A DNA stretch of 64,000 nt, taken from Camelus ferus (lineage: Eukaryota). Each line of letters opens with the position of its first letter. The stretch's first letter is position 1. The stretch spans positions 66,402,001 to 66,466,000 of the forward strand of contig NC_045705.1 in NCBI RefSeq assembly GCF_009834535.1, written 5' to 3'. The position numbers and the translations under genes were made by a program. Below the pieces are notes generated by a model that did not search any database, was not told the origin of the DNA, and saw only the letters and a list, made by a program, of their open reading frames with translations. Below are positions 52,641 to 64,000 of this stretch, in pieces.

Positions 52641-55568
52641 TCTGACTTTTAATCTTTTTGAGTTTTAGAGCCAAATCAATTTACAAACCAGGAAGTATCC
52701 TCCTCATAAAAGAGTGTGCTGCTTGAGGATAAGGACTGGCCTTCCAACGTTTGTGTCCCTCCACCAAATCCATCTCAGTGCCCTACACAGAGACCTCTCC
52801 AAATGTTTGCTCATGGAAATTGGCTGCTTCTGAGGGAACCTGGGCCTGCTGGCAGAGCTGTGTCAGGCTGGGGAGGTGGCAGTGGCCGGGGGGGCTGGGC
52901 ATCAGGAGAGGGATGAGTGAGTGTAGCCCATCAGACCAACCATTTGTTTCCAACATCAAAAACCAGTTGCATCCTTATCTGATGGGAAAGTTGGGCTGGA
53001 TGTACCTGGAAGGAGGATGGAAAGAAGGAATTCCAGGTTGTGACATCACAAGAACTTCTGAGGGGTGAGTATCCTCTTTCTGGGCCCATCCTTCGCTGCT
53101 CAGCCGAAACTGGGCTTACTCCAGATGACTGTGGACCAGCACCAGTGGGTTCCCTGGGACTGTTGCCTGGCCTGCGAGGGTAGGTCTGGCAGGTCTAGGG
53201 AGCTTTCAGGTATAACGGACAACAGTCTCTGAAGGTAGAGAAGAAGGGGCCATGGATGTATTGGGGTCCTGCCCCCACCAGTCCCAGTCAAAGGGTGCAG
53301 CTAGGCCTAGTGTTCTGCACAAGATACTCCCAGGACTACAAGCACCATTTAGTAAATGTCATTCTGTACTCCAGCCCTTTCTCCAGGACTCCAGGCTCCA
53401 GGCCTCCCAATTCCCAATGCTTGTGAATGAAAGAGCCTGGGACAGTGCACATGCACTTACCCACCAAGTTAAATGGCCTCTGTAGAGGCAGCCACCTTCT
53501 TGTCTCCTGCCTGCCTCCTGTTCTTTCTAATCCCCTGGTTAGGCCTCAACCCTAAGGCCCTTCATCATCTGTCCACAGCCCACTGCCCAGCCTCATCCTC
53601 TCCCCTTCTCCTCCCCACCCCTGCCCCTGCTGCCAGAAGTCCCCACTTTTCTGTGAATATTTCATGTCCATATCTTCCACATTCTCTGGTACCTCTGCCT
53701 GGGATGCCCCGCCCCCACCTCAATCCAGCAAACTCATAGTCATCTCTCAAGGCCCAGCTCAGAGGACACCTCCTCAGGGATGACTACCCTGACTTCACAG
53801 TGAGGTCAATGGCCCCCTCTTCTGGAGTCTTAGATAACACACTTCTGCAGGGCCCTCACAATCTTCATCACAAGTTACATTCTGCTTCCCATGGCCTTGG
53901 GAGCACGGACCACAGCTCCTTTGTTTCAGGGTCACCAGACCGGCCACAGTGAATAATATTTGAAGCAATGAATCCTCACTTGGGGTTGGTCCTTTGGCTT
54001 TATTGGCTTTATCCAGCTACTAAGGTCATATCTTGCCTCATTTTCCTCTTTGGCAGCAAAGCAGCCTCTGGCTTCTAAGCAGGGGCCTTGTGCTGGCTTA
54101 GTGCCTGGTGTGTAATAGCTGCTCAGTGAATGGTCACGGAAGGCAGGAGGGCAAGTGGGCAGAAAGGCTGGTGCCTATAGCCTCAAAACCCCCTGCTTTT
54201 CTGTGGGCTCGGTGGGGTAGCACAGGTGTGTCGTGAAGCAGTCCTTTCCTCCATCCTTCTGAAAAATTTGCATCTCTCTGCAGCTCCATTTCTGAGAAGG
54301 GGGAGCCTGGGAAGGCAGAAGACACCGGTGGCAGGAGAGAGCAATAGTCATTCACATGGCCAGGCACTTCGCCCAGGAGCACAGAGCTCCTGGCAGGCCA
54401 GTCCCCCTTGGCTATCATGTGGTTGAGAGGGCCCAACACAGAGGTACCCATGAATTACTGCCCCTCTCAGGGTCTCAGTCATCCCATTTGTCAAATGGGT
54501 ACAACCACCCCCACCCCCACCCCCTCCAGCTCATCAAAGCCAATAGAGATGAAAGCACTTCGGAAATAAAGACTCAGTGAATTCATTGTACAAATGAAGA
54601 ACGTTGTTATTAGACCCAAGAACAGGGTCAGAGGGGAAAACAAGCAACAAGGTGGAGGAAGTGCTTGGGATTCTCGCCTTGAGCCCCTTGAGGAAAGAGA
54701 AGCAGGCAGTGGGCAGGAAGAACAGCACCTACAGGGAGGTGGGGGCTGGGTCCTGGCTCTGCCAAGAACCAGTCACTTCCCCCTGGGACTCAGTTTCCTC
54801 ACCTGTACAAAGGGGAGCCCAATCCCTGCCCGGCTCCCTCCAAGGGCCTCAATGTGGCTTCAGTGAGAGACGGTGTGGAAGAGCTTTGCAAACTGTAAAG
54901 TGCTGTACACACATGCAGGCTAACTGCAGTTCTGGGACCCAGGCCCAGCGGGGCTTGGGGGGTAGACACAGTCAGTGTTGGCGATAACAACACTGTTACT
55001 CCTGTTCCTTCTCCCTGGTCCCCTCAACTTCCCTGGGATCTTCTGTTCTGGGGTCCGAGACCATGGGGTGGCTGAGGCCTGGAGAGAAGAGGAGCTCCTG
55101 CCCTGGGCAAGCCCCACTCCCATTCTGAACCCGAAGCTGGGGCCACACCAGCCACTCCATTGTCAGGGCCACACCAGACACTCCATTGTCAAGGCCCCAC
55201 CTGCAGCCTCTGAGCCCTGGTGATTAGCAAGTGCATTTCTGCTGATTAACAAATACACTCCTGGTGGGAAGGGAGGGTCATTGTCCTCAGCCCTCTCTTT
55301 CCTGGTCATCACACTTTCAGTGAGGTCTTATGTGCATCTAGATAGTCTGCCTCTGCGCCAGCTCCACTCTTGGATGAGGGTTGGAATGACAGGTGGTGAA
55401 TTCTTCCTTGCAGCAACCCAAGTGGCCACTGGCCCAGGAAGGAGAGCAGCGCCCGCCTCCTCCTGGTACTCCAAGACCAAGGGGCCCAGCTTGGCAGAGT
55501 CCTGAGCCCCGCCTGCCATCCCCTCGTGCTGGGTCTCATTTCCGAAGAGAGATGCTGGGAGAGCCCTG

Positions 55569-55708
55569 NNNNNNNNNNNNNNNNNNNNNNNNNNNNNNNN
55601 NNNNNNNNNNNNNNNNNNNNNNNNNNNNNNNNNNNNNNNNNNNNNNNNNNNNNNNNNNNNNNNNNNNNNNNNNNNNNNNNNNNNNNNNNNNNNNNNNNNN
55701 NNNNNNNN
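55569..55708. other. Assembly gap (140 N) covering the SLC29A2 last coding exon
   Basis: N-run between an intron pyrimidine tract and 3' UTR-like sequence. Confidence 0.85.
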
Positions 55709-58700
55709 AGGAACTCTTAGAAAATGTGGCGCCAAACCTGGACCCAGCCCCTGTGGCCTCTGCCCTTACAACAAGACGCCTGAGTTCCAGTCTGGGCTGG
55801 CCCAACCTCTGAGTCTCTATGATTAGGCCCTTCTCTCTGGACTCCAGTTTCCTGATCTGTAAAATGAGGCCACTGGGCAAGGACATCTCTCATGCCCCTA
55901 GGGTCTAAATGCTCTTGTCTTCCCTCCTGACAAAATGTCCCCAACCTGGTCCTCTCTGTCACTTCTACTCTGCCTGGATTCTCAACTCCTTTGTCCTGAG
56001 AGGAAATGGCCCAGGAACTCTGCTTTTGATCAAGACCTTAGCTCCCCTGCAACTAAGAATTTTGAGAGTAGCTGGGCCCTAAGGGATGATAATCCAACCT
56101 ATTTATTTCACAGATGAGGAAACCGAGGGCCAGAGAGGAGGCCCCAGAACCAGTGCCTGGGCTACTATACTAGGCAGGCACCTCACCCGCCAAGTCCTCC
56201 TCTCCCCAGCTCCTGGCCTGGGGCTGGCTCAGCGGTTAAGGCCTGACTTGACAGCTGGGACCAGTGAGGCCTGGGCTGGGCTGGCCAGAAGCCTAACTCT
56301 TGCAGGCTGCCCGTCTCAAAGAGCAAGCCCACCTCCCCACTCCCAGGCCCTCCCTCCACCTCCCCAACCTCCAGACCTGGGCGCCAGGCACATGGTGAGG
56401 GACACCAGGTAACCATTTGAAACAGCAAAAAGCAGCATGAACGTGATGAAGTAGGCGTCCTGTGGGAAGAGGATGGGCAGCCGAGACCTCTCAGGCACGT
56501 GGCACAGCATGAAGAGTGGCACGAACAGGATGCGGAGGCAGACCAGCAGGGGCAGCAGCCGGCTGTCCTCGTCTGGCTGTGGCAGAAGGTAGGGGTGAGG
56601 GCAGTCCCGTGGTCTCTGCTCCAGAGCACCCCAGACAGACTCAACTATCACTTCCCCTGATCTGCCTGGGGCTGGCCTCAGCCTCTCCTGAGCTCCAGCT
56701 GGTGCTCTCCGTGGCAGACATGGAAGAGCATCTCTGGTTTTCAAACTCAGCTACTCTGAGCACCCCTGGGGATTCCAAAGACTCCTTTGGGGCCAGTGAG
56801 GTGGCTGAATGGGATTGGAAGTTGGCATCCAGGCCCTGTCCTAGCGTGGATCAGAGCAGCTCCTCTTTGATCTACTTTATTTGTTGTGTGTCTTTGGAAG
56901 ACTTCGTTTAAAGAAGCAGCATCTTGGCTACAAGCAATCCAAATAATAGGAACCTTGTCCAACCTCTCACATGGCGTGGAAATAGTCTCTAAGCACTGAG
57001 AGTCTGGTCCTCAGCTGGATGCTGGGAACATGGACATGGCTTGACAAGAACATGGTCAATTGGACATGGCTTCTGCTTTCAAGGAGTTCACAGTGAAAGC
57101 CCTGGCTGTGTGTCTCCAGGGTACAGGTGCTCACTGCCAACTGGCTGGCCGTCCCGATGCCTGACCCAGAGCAGGTGGACTGTTGGGATATCGCCTTTCT
57201 GTGCACTCACACCCTCTGATCCCCAGCTGCTTCCTAAAACTGTCAGATGACTCCAGCCGAGATGTGCTCACCCACAGGAAGTAAGAGGTCAGGCTCCGTC
57301 CCAGACAGTCCATGATGTTGAAGAGAAGGAAACAGCAGATGGGGTTGAAGAACTGACCTGGAAGAGGGAGAAGGCTCATCCCGGTCCGACTCCCCTCTTC
57401 CGTCTCTACCCCTTCACTCCCAATGCCCTGTCCTCTTCTGCTTCCCAGCACTCNNNNNNNNNNNNNNNNNNNNNNNNNNNNNNNNNNNNNNNNNNNNNNN
57501 NNNNNNNNNNNNNNNNNNNNNNNNNNNNNNNNNNNNNNNNNNNNNNNNNNNNNNNNNNNNNNNNNNNNNNNNNNNNNNNNNNNNNNNNNNNNNNNNNNNN
57601 NCCGGAGCCCCACATGCAGCCCCAACCCTCCTGCCCAAGCCCTGGCCCAGGAGCAGGACATTGGGGCCTGGCCCAGCATGTCCCTGACTCACCATGACCC
57701 TGTCACCTTGGGGTGAGTACAAAGGCCCCAGTCCATCCTAGGACCCTCTGGGGAAGGCTGGAGAGAGCAGCCTTCTCTTCCCTAGGGATGGTGGCAGGGG
57801 GCTATAGCCAAGCCAAACCTTCCGGAAGACAAGGAACACTGAAGGTTTCCCTGGCTTCTGGGGTTCCTCTGGCTCCATCTCTGGCTCCTTCTCAGGGTCA
57901 AGGTCCAGGGTCAGGGCTGCCTTCTGGGGGCTGTTGGGAATCCCGTTCTCATCTGGGGCAGGAGAGGAGGGCAGGGTTATGCCTGTGAGCCATGCCTGTG
58001 ACAACCAGACCTGATGGAAGGAAATTCCCAGCGATTCAAACAAGTGACCCTCCACTAGCCCGGGGTGCAGGCAAAGAGAATGAGCAAAGGAAATATGCCT
58101 GGCTGCTGTTTAGTAAGCACACACGTGTGCCAGGCAGAGTTAGGCACCTTACATGGATTGTCTCACTGCCATTGCTTTACACATAAAGAAACTGAGGCTC
58201 AGAGGGGCTATGTTACTTGACTAAGGTCACACAGCTTGGATGTTATGAAACTAGTATTCAAACTCAGATGCACTTGGATCTAGAATTTTCATGCCCGAAG
58301 CTCTACTGCCTCCCCATTTTATAGAGGAGGAAGATGAGGTCTAAAGGGCAACAGGGATGACTTCAGTCTCACTGACTTTACTTCATGGTCTTCTGCCTCT
58401 ATTCATACAAGGCTACTAGGGATGAGGGTTCTAGCTGGGGACAGAGGGGAAAGGCTTCTCTGTGGAGGTGGCTCTAGTCTCCTCTGGTTCTCCCACCTCC
58501 CCAGCAGGGTCCCAGGCTTACCAGACTGGAGGAGCTCTGCTTTGGTCTCCAGCTCCTGACCCTGCGCCTGTGATGGTTTCTTGGCCAGGTAGTAGCGGGC
58601 AAACTTCTGCAGAATGAAAGCTTTGTCCCTGCCTGGCTTGGCTGTGATGTCTGGATCCCGCCCCACCCTGTTGGCTTAGAGGCTGGGGTCCCCCAGTGGC

Positions 58701-61700
58701 TGAGTCCTTTGGGGATCAGGATGGGGCCTAGGTCCCCTCTGCCTCCTTTGGCCTCTCTCAGGGCCTCAGACTCAGGGCTGTATCTGTGATGCTCTGAAGT
58801 GGGCCTGAGCCCAATACCAGGCTCACCAGGTGGGGCAGGCTCAGGTAACACACGATGGACATGAGGATGCCCACACAGGGCGTGATGAAGTACCCCAGGG
58901 CGGAGGTCTGGGCATCCACGCCACCTGTATAGAAACTTCAGCTGCAGAACGGAGGTGGTTGGTCCACTGGCTCCCACAGGGCTTACAACTCTTGTCCTCC
59001 TTCACTTTGTGCATGTCTCAGATTCACCTCCTGGCCTTTTCCACTCCTCCCACTGACAAACTCAGAACTCTTGTACAGGGGGCCTCAGCCCAGCTCTTCA
59101 CTTCTCTCACTCTTCTCTCGGTGTCATTTTTGTTGAGCACCTACTATGTGCTCATTATTACTGAATGTTCTTTACTGTCTGAGGACAGAGCTATAATAAT
59201 CATTTAGGTGGGGAAACTGACACAGGTAAGTGCCTTGTCTGATGCCCATGGCTAGGGAGCGGTGGAACTGGGATTCAAACACCAGTCTATCTGAATCCCA
59301 AACCTGTCTCCACTTCCCTCACCCAACCTACTGCCACATGCCAGTACTGGCCTCAGGAATCCTGCCCCAGTCATTCTCTCAAGGTAGAACTCAAGAGCTC
59401 AACTCCCCACCCCCAAACTCCATCCCCAGCTCCCCCATTACCTCATCAGCTCTGTCTCCACCAGAGCCCAAGGCATCTCACTCTTGGCACACTCTCTCTG
59501 CTCCCCAGAATCCCAGAGGCACCCCTGCCCTCCAGCCACCCAAGTCTACTCACTGGCCATGGACATGAGCATGGCCAGGGCAGCGAAGATCCCAGCCAGG
59601 CCCTGGCCGCTGAGGAAGAGGGTGCTGTACGTGGAAGGCATGGTGCCCAGCTGCCCGAAGAGGCTGCCCTGCAGAACTGCACCAAAGGCTGCGGAGGGAC
59701 AGGATTGGAGGCTTGCTGCTCAATGAGGCAGGCCTCAAGGGCTCCCTAGAGGAGGTGTCGGCAGGGTGCACAGGGCACTGTGGACTAGGGTGGGTAGGCA
59801 TGAGACTCTGGCTACTCTGGTGTAATACCCCACATTCATTCCTCTTCCAAGGTGCAGCCCTAGGTCTGAGGGGCTAAGGGCCAGGGGGCCTGCTCTTAGG
59901 TCACTGTGGGGCCTGGGACAAGTGACTTTTCCTCTCCTCTGGGCCTTAGTTTCTCATCAGGAATATAGGTAATGCTGCTGTCTTCCCTTCTTAGATACCT
60001 TGGGCCTTTCAGTTATAAAGAAGTGTCTAGGCTGAAGCTCTGAGGGGCTGAGTAGGGGGGTGGGTAGGGGCAGCAGTGCTCACAGTTGATGAACCAGACA
60101 GATGCCATGGTGATGGAGAAGAAGAGCCCAGGGCTCATGTCCACCTTTACCAACACTGCCGTCAGGGCGAAGAGCAGCAGGATGACCAGCAGGCTGCCCA
60201 GAATCCGCACCGTCTCAGGGATGCTGCTCATAAGGAGGGCAGAGTGGGCATTGCTGGGCCCAGGCCAGGCAAGGGGAGGTGGGCAAGAATTTCATCCCGG
60301 GGCTGGACAGCGGGGGCTGGGAACAATGCAGGGGGAGGGGAGGAAGGGTGAGAGGTCTTCCCTGGGCCCTGGGAGCTGCTTCAGCAGTGGCAGGGGAGGG
60401 ACGACAGAGGGATGGCGGGGGACTGAGCCCAGGGAGCAGGGCTTCTCACCACTGGTATAGGAAGGAGTTGAGGAGCGTGAAGAGCAGCAGGGGCAGCTGG
60501 GACAGCAGTGTCACCCAGTTGTTGAAGTTGAAGGTATCTGCAGGGCTCGTGTGGTTGGTGCCCAGGGTCTCAGCGGTGCTGTTGGCCCCCGTCAGCCGCC
60601 CCTGGAAGTACTGCCAGGATGCCAGGGGAGTGGGGTACAGGGTCACCCTACAGCCTACCCTCAGGAACCCCCCCCAGCCTTCCCCCTCTGCCTAATCCCA
60701 TGCTTGGGATTGCTTGGTGAACTTCTGCAGGACTGTCGTCTGTCCTTGTACTGTCCCCAGCACCTGGCACATGGTCGGAGGTCGATGAATGTGCATCAGA
60801 TTGAACAGCTGAAGTCTGAGACCAAGCCCAAGCCCTAAGAACCCCCAACTTGGGCCTTGCTTTGTATTTGGATCACCCCTCTCCCCTGCCCTTGTTCCAG
60901 CCCCCACCCCAACTCCTGCAGCAGCTTCTATTTCAGAATATTTATGGAGCTCCTACTATAAGCCAGATTCTGGCCTAGGTGCTGACCAAGTGCTTTCTCT
61001 CTGGAACACACGTCCTGCCACGCCTCTGCTTAACTCCTCCCTCTGCCTCCTCCCTGCCCACAGTTGCCTACAGGGCAAAGCCCCAGGGTTTTGGAACAGC
61101 ATTTGGGACGCTTTAGAATCAGACTGTGGCCTCCCTTTTGTGCCCCATTTCCTGCTCCATCCTTCTAAGCTCCGGGCATCCCAAGCTCTGGCCCTCTCTG
61201 AAAGGCCAGCACACTCTTGTCTCTGTGCCTTTGCAAGGCTGCCTGGAATGCCCTCCGCACTCCTACCACTCCCCTCCCCAACACAAATGCTTTATCTAGC
61301 CTTCTCCCGAGTTACAGATCAACTCTTCTATTAAGCAGAAGGAATTGCTCCTTCCCTTGGGGACCCACAGGACTCTGCTCCCAGCCTGGATGGCATGTGT
61401 CTTGTTACATTATTAATATTTCTTTGGCACCCACCTTGCTCTCAAGATCATGGGCTGATTCATCTTTGGGTCTCCAGGGCCCAGCACAGAGCCAGGCACT
61501 GAAGGGGCATCTGGAAAGTTGTTGCATTGAGTATATACGAACAACTCAGTCCCAAAGAGAACACAAGCCCCCTATGCCTGCCCTCCCTTGAGAGAATGTG
61601 AGCTATGTGAGGATGAAAACTTCCTCTGCTGTGTCTCCTCCTGCACCCCTGTGCTAAGAACACTAGGTTCACATTAACTATTTGTTGGATGAATGAATGC

Positions 61701-62387
61701 AATTCATGCTATTTCAAAGAAAACCAAAGGCTTGGATAACCCACTTTTGGAGTGACTAGCCCAGGAATAATGACCAACAGGGGAGGTAGATGGCTGGCTG
61801 GCTTGCTGGCTCCACAGGACCCTCTAAGCTGGTGGCCTAGTCCCTGTAGAATCTGGGCATCCCTGAAAGCTTGGTCTTCTTAGCCATGAGAGAGGCACCT
61901 CCCCTCTCTGAGGCTTCCTGCTTCTGCCGACAAACAGCAAACGGGCATAATGAGGAATCAAAGGCAGCTGCAGCAGACGGATGATGGTTGTGGCGGTGTG
62001 GCTGTCTCTCCAGCCACGAGTCTCACCGGGATGGCTGTGATGAAGAAGTTCCAGGGTAGGAGGGTGCCCAGCCCCAGGATAAAGAAGCTGATCCCGACCA
62101 GGTGGTAGCTGTGAGGATTAGTCAGAAGGTCACCCGGAGGACGTCCCGCTTTCGCCGCCCTCCCTCCTCCCAGGCCGGCCCCTCGGGATAGCGGACTACA
62201 ATCCCCATCACCCGGGCTCAGGCACTCGAAGGAGGCGGCTGACGGGAATTGTAGTTCCATCTGGTCTGCTGTGAGCTTTGGAGCGCTCAAAGGGAGCGGG
62301 TCTGTGCTACCCACGGCCACCGGATCCCCGTAAGCACCCCACCTGGTCCCCAACTCGCCTGTCCTGCGGGGCGTCTCCTCGCGCCAT
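55569..62387 (-). CDS. SLC29A2: Equilibrative nucleoside transporter 2 (ENT2), 12 coding exons, about 455 aa; exons 9 and 12 hidden in N-runs
   Basis: Visible exons: 62387-62359 (GC donor), 62108-62027, 60610-60450, 60223-60084, 59688-59554, 58924-58827, 58606-58522, 57952-57819, 57357-57272, 56576-56377. Exon 9 is expected in N 57454-57601 and the exon 12 coding part in N 55569-55708, so the lower coordinate is approximate. Confidence 0.95.
57454..57601. other. Assembly gap (148 N) covering SLC29A2 exon 9
   Basis: N-run; the minus strand resumes with GAGT, consistent with the tail of a GTGAGT donor. Confidence 0.85.
58120..59310 (-). mobile_element. MIR fragments in SLC29A2 introns 5 and 7 (about 58120-58340 and 59150-59310)
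   Basis: gaaactgaggctcagagg...ctaaggtcacacagc and ggggaaactgacacaggtaagtgccttg. The span also contains exons 6 and 7. Confidence 0.55.
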
Positions 62388-63320
62388 GGCCGCCCGGCGG
62401 GATGCGCCCGGATGGAAGAGAGGTGGAGAAGCCGCACCTGCACCTGCTCCGGCGCCCTTGGGCCCAGCCGGGGACCTGGGAGGCTGAGTTTTGCCAGCAG
62501 TGGGCAGGGGAAGGGGAGGGGGTCAGGTGTTGGCGAACCTGCGGTCGGGTAGGGGTGGGTGCGAGCCAGGCCCGGAGCCCCGGGCGGGTTTCGGCAGTTC
62601 TCAAGCTCTGCAAGCTCCGACCTCGGCTCCGCCTCTGGGGCGGGGACAGAGGGTCGCACCCCCCCACCCCCACCCGGGCGTCCTGGCCGGAGACTACACT
62701 CCCGCGCCGGACCCCGGCCCGACCTCGCAGTACTCGGACCCCCCCGCTCCCCGCGCCGTCCGAGAGGCGCTGATCCGGGGAGGTTCCCCAGCCGCCTCCC
62801 CTCTCTGCGGGCCCCTGGCCCGGACCACTGCGCTCGGAGCTGGGGGCAGCAGGAAGGGAGGTAGCCCCCTCCCCCGGCGAAGTGCTGTGGAGAGGACCTG
62901 GCTCTCCCGGCTCAGCCAACTCCGAGGTGGCGCCGTGGCGGCGCTAGCGCCTCCTAACGTGGGAGCCCCCCCAGCCGAGGGTGTAACCCGAGTGGGGCTG
63001 GCCCCGGGGGAAGCTGGAGAGACCGTCTGTCGCCAGCGGTTCTGGCGAGCTGCGCCGAGCTGGGTCTCCCGGGAGGCAGACGAGAGGGCCAGGCGCCGGT
63101 GCTCGTGGAGCCCCCCGGGCCATCTAGAAGACAGATGGACAAACAGACCCTTCTTCAGCGGGTGCCTGGGAAAGCTCCTGGCCTTTGGGGAGCACAGCGC
63201 AAGGGCTTGCCCCTCCGGGGCGTCCAGGCGGGCTTCCCGGTGGCGGTGTGGCTGAGCTGCCTTTGGAGCAGTGACGGGCTAAACAAAGGCTCGGGAGGAA
63301 ACGATGACTCGGCGGTGAGC
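62130..63320 (-). promoter_or_regulatory. SLC29A2 CpG island / promoter
   Basis: Dense CpG and GC boxes around and upstream of the ATG at 62387. Confidence 0.75.
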
Positions 63321-63895
63321 CCAGGCCTACTTCCTAGTCTCGCCTGGTGCCCTACCACTACCACCACTTTAAAAAAAATTACTTTCAGCGGTCCCAGGAC
63401 ACAGCGTATCAAAGATTAAGACGAATCCACTTCGCAATTTTTTTTCTGTGAAAAGCTTAATTTTCTCTAATTCATATAATTTACGAGTGGGTTTGTTTTC
63501 TGTGCAATCACCATGTGTATTCGGAATGCTGGAGAAGTGACAGGCTGTAAATCACAAATTATTTTCATAAGTAATGACATTTTATGGCCATTTCCAGGTT
63601 ACCCGTGTTTTTTTTTTCTCCAGCCAACTGTTAGCCTGTGAGACAAAGACTGTGCTTACCTGGTTAGTGTTTACTGCAAACACCTAGCGCCACAGCCTGG
63701 TACATAGCAGGTGCTTGATAAATGTTTGGTTAATGAATGGATTCCGATGATACACAAGTGGTATTTAGGGAGAACAGAGACAGCATTAAATTACAGTGAA
63801 TGAGAAAGTTACTCTCTCTTCAATTTGCTTTCAAGCCTTCAGAATATATCAAGGGGAAAGTCTCAATCCCAATGATAAAATGTTTCTACACCTGT

Positions 63896-63898
<3 letters not shown>

Positions 63899-63952
<54 letters not shown>
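63899..63952 (+). repeat. Compound (TC)23(AC)4 microsatellite
   Basis: Direct reading. Confidence 0.95.
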
Positions 63953-63953
<1 letters not shown>

Positions 63954-64000
63954 GCTGGCCTCAGGGCTTCTGCTGAAAATTTTACCCAATAGAGGTTAAT

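Noticed and set aside
60224-60229. NAGNAG-like tandem acceptor (GAGCAG) at SLC29A2 exon 4
   Set aside because: GAG acceptors are rarely used, and the CAG site gives the expected protein.
62278-63255. Multiple 100-250 aa ORFs over the SLC29A2 CpG island
   Set aside because: By-product of very high GC content; only 62387-62359 is coding.

Overview
Mammalian genomic DNA matching the conserved block at human 11q13.2. Gene order is TMEM151A(+), CD248(-), RIN1(-), BRMS1(-), B4GAT1(-), tRNA-Ser(GCT)(+), SLC29A2(-). I traced the exon-intron structures by hand. Two tRNA-Ala-derived SINEs with A-rich tails, and no ruminant, pig or primate SINEs that I could recognise, point to a camelid genome (inference). 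The rest is MIR, L2, L1, MaLR and hAT repeats. Four N-runs are present; three hide coding sequence of TMEM151A or SLC29A2. I found no evidence of a new multi-gene system. The best leads are regulatory or lineage-specific: an overlapping uORF and twin CRE sites at TMEM151A, an orphan co-oriented GC-box cluster downstream of CD248, one extra 48-bp mucin repeat in CD248, RIN1 Tyr121->Cys, a twin RFX/CTCF module before RIN1, very tight tandem packing of B4GAT1-BRMS1-RIN1, and a GC-AG first intron in SLC29A2. All comparisons with human or mouse proteins are from memory and need alignment.
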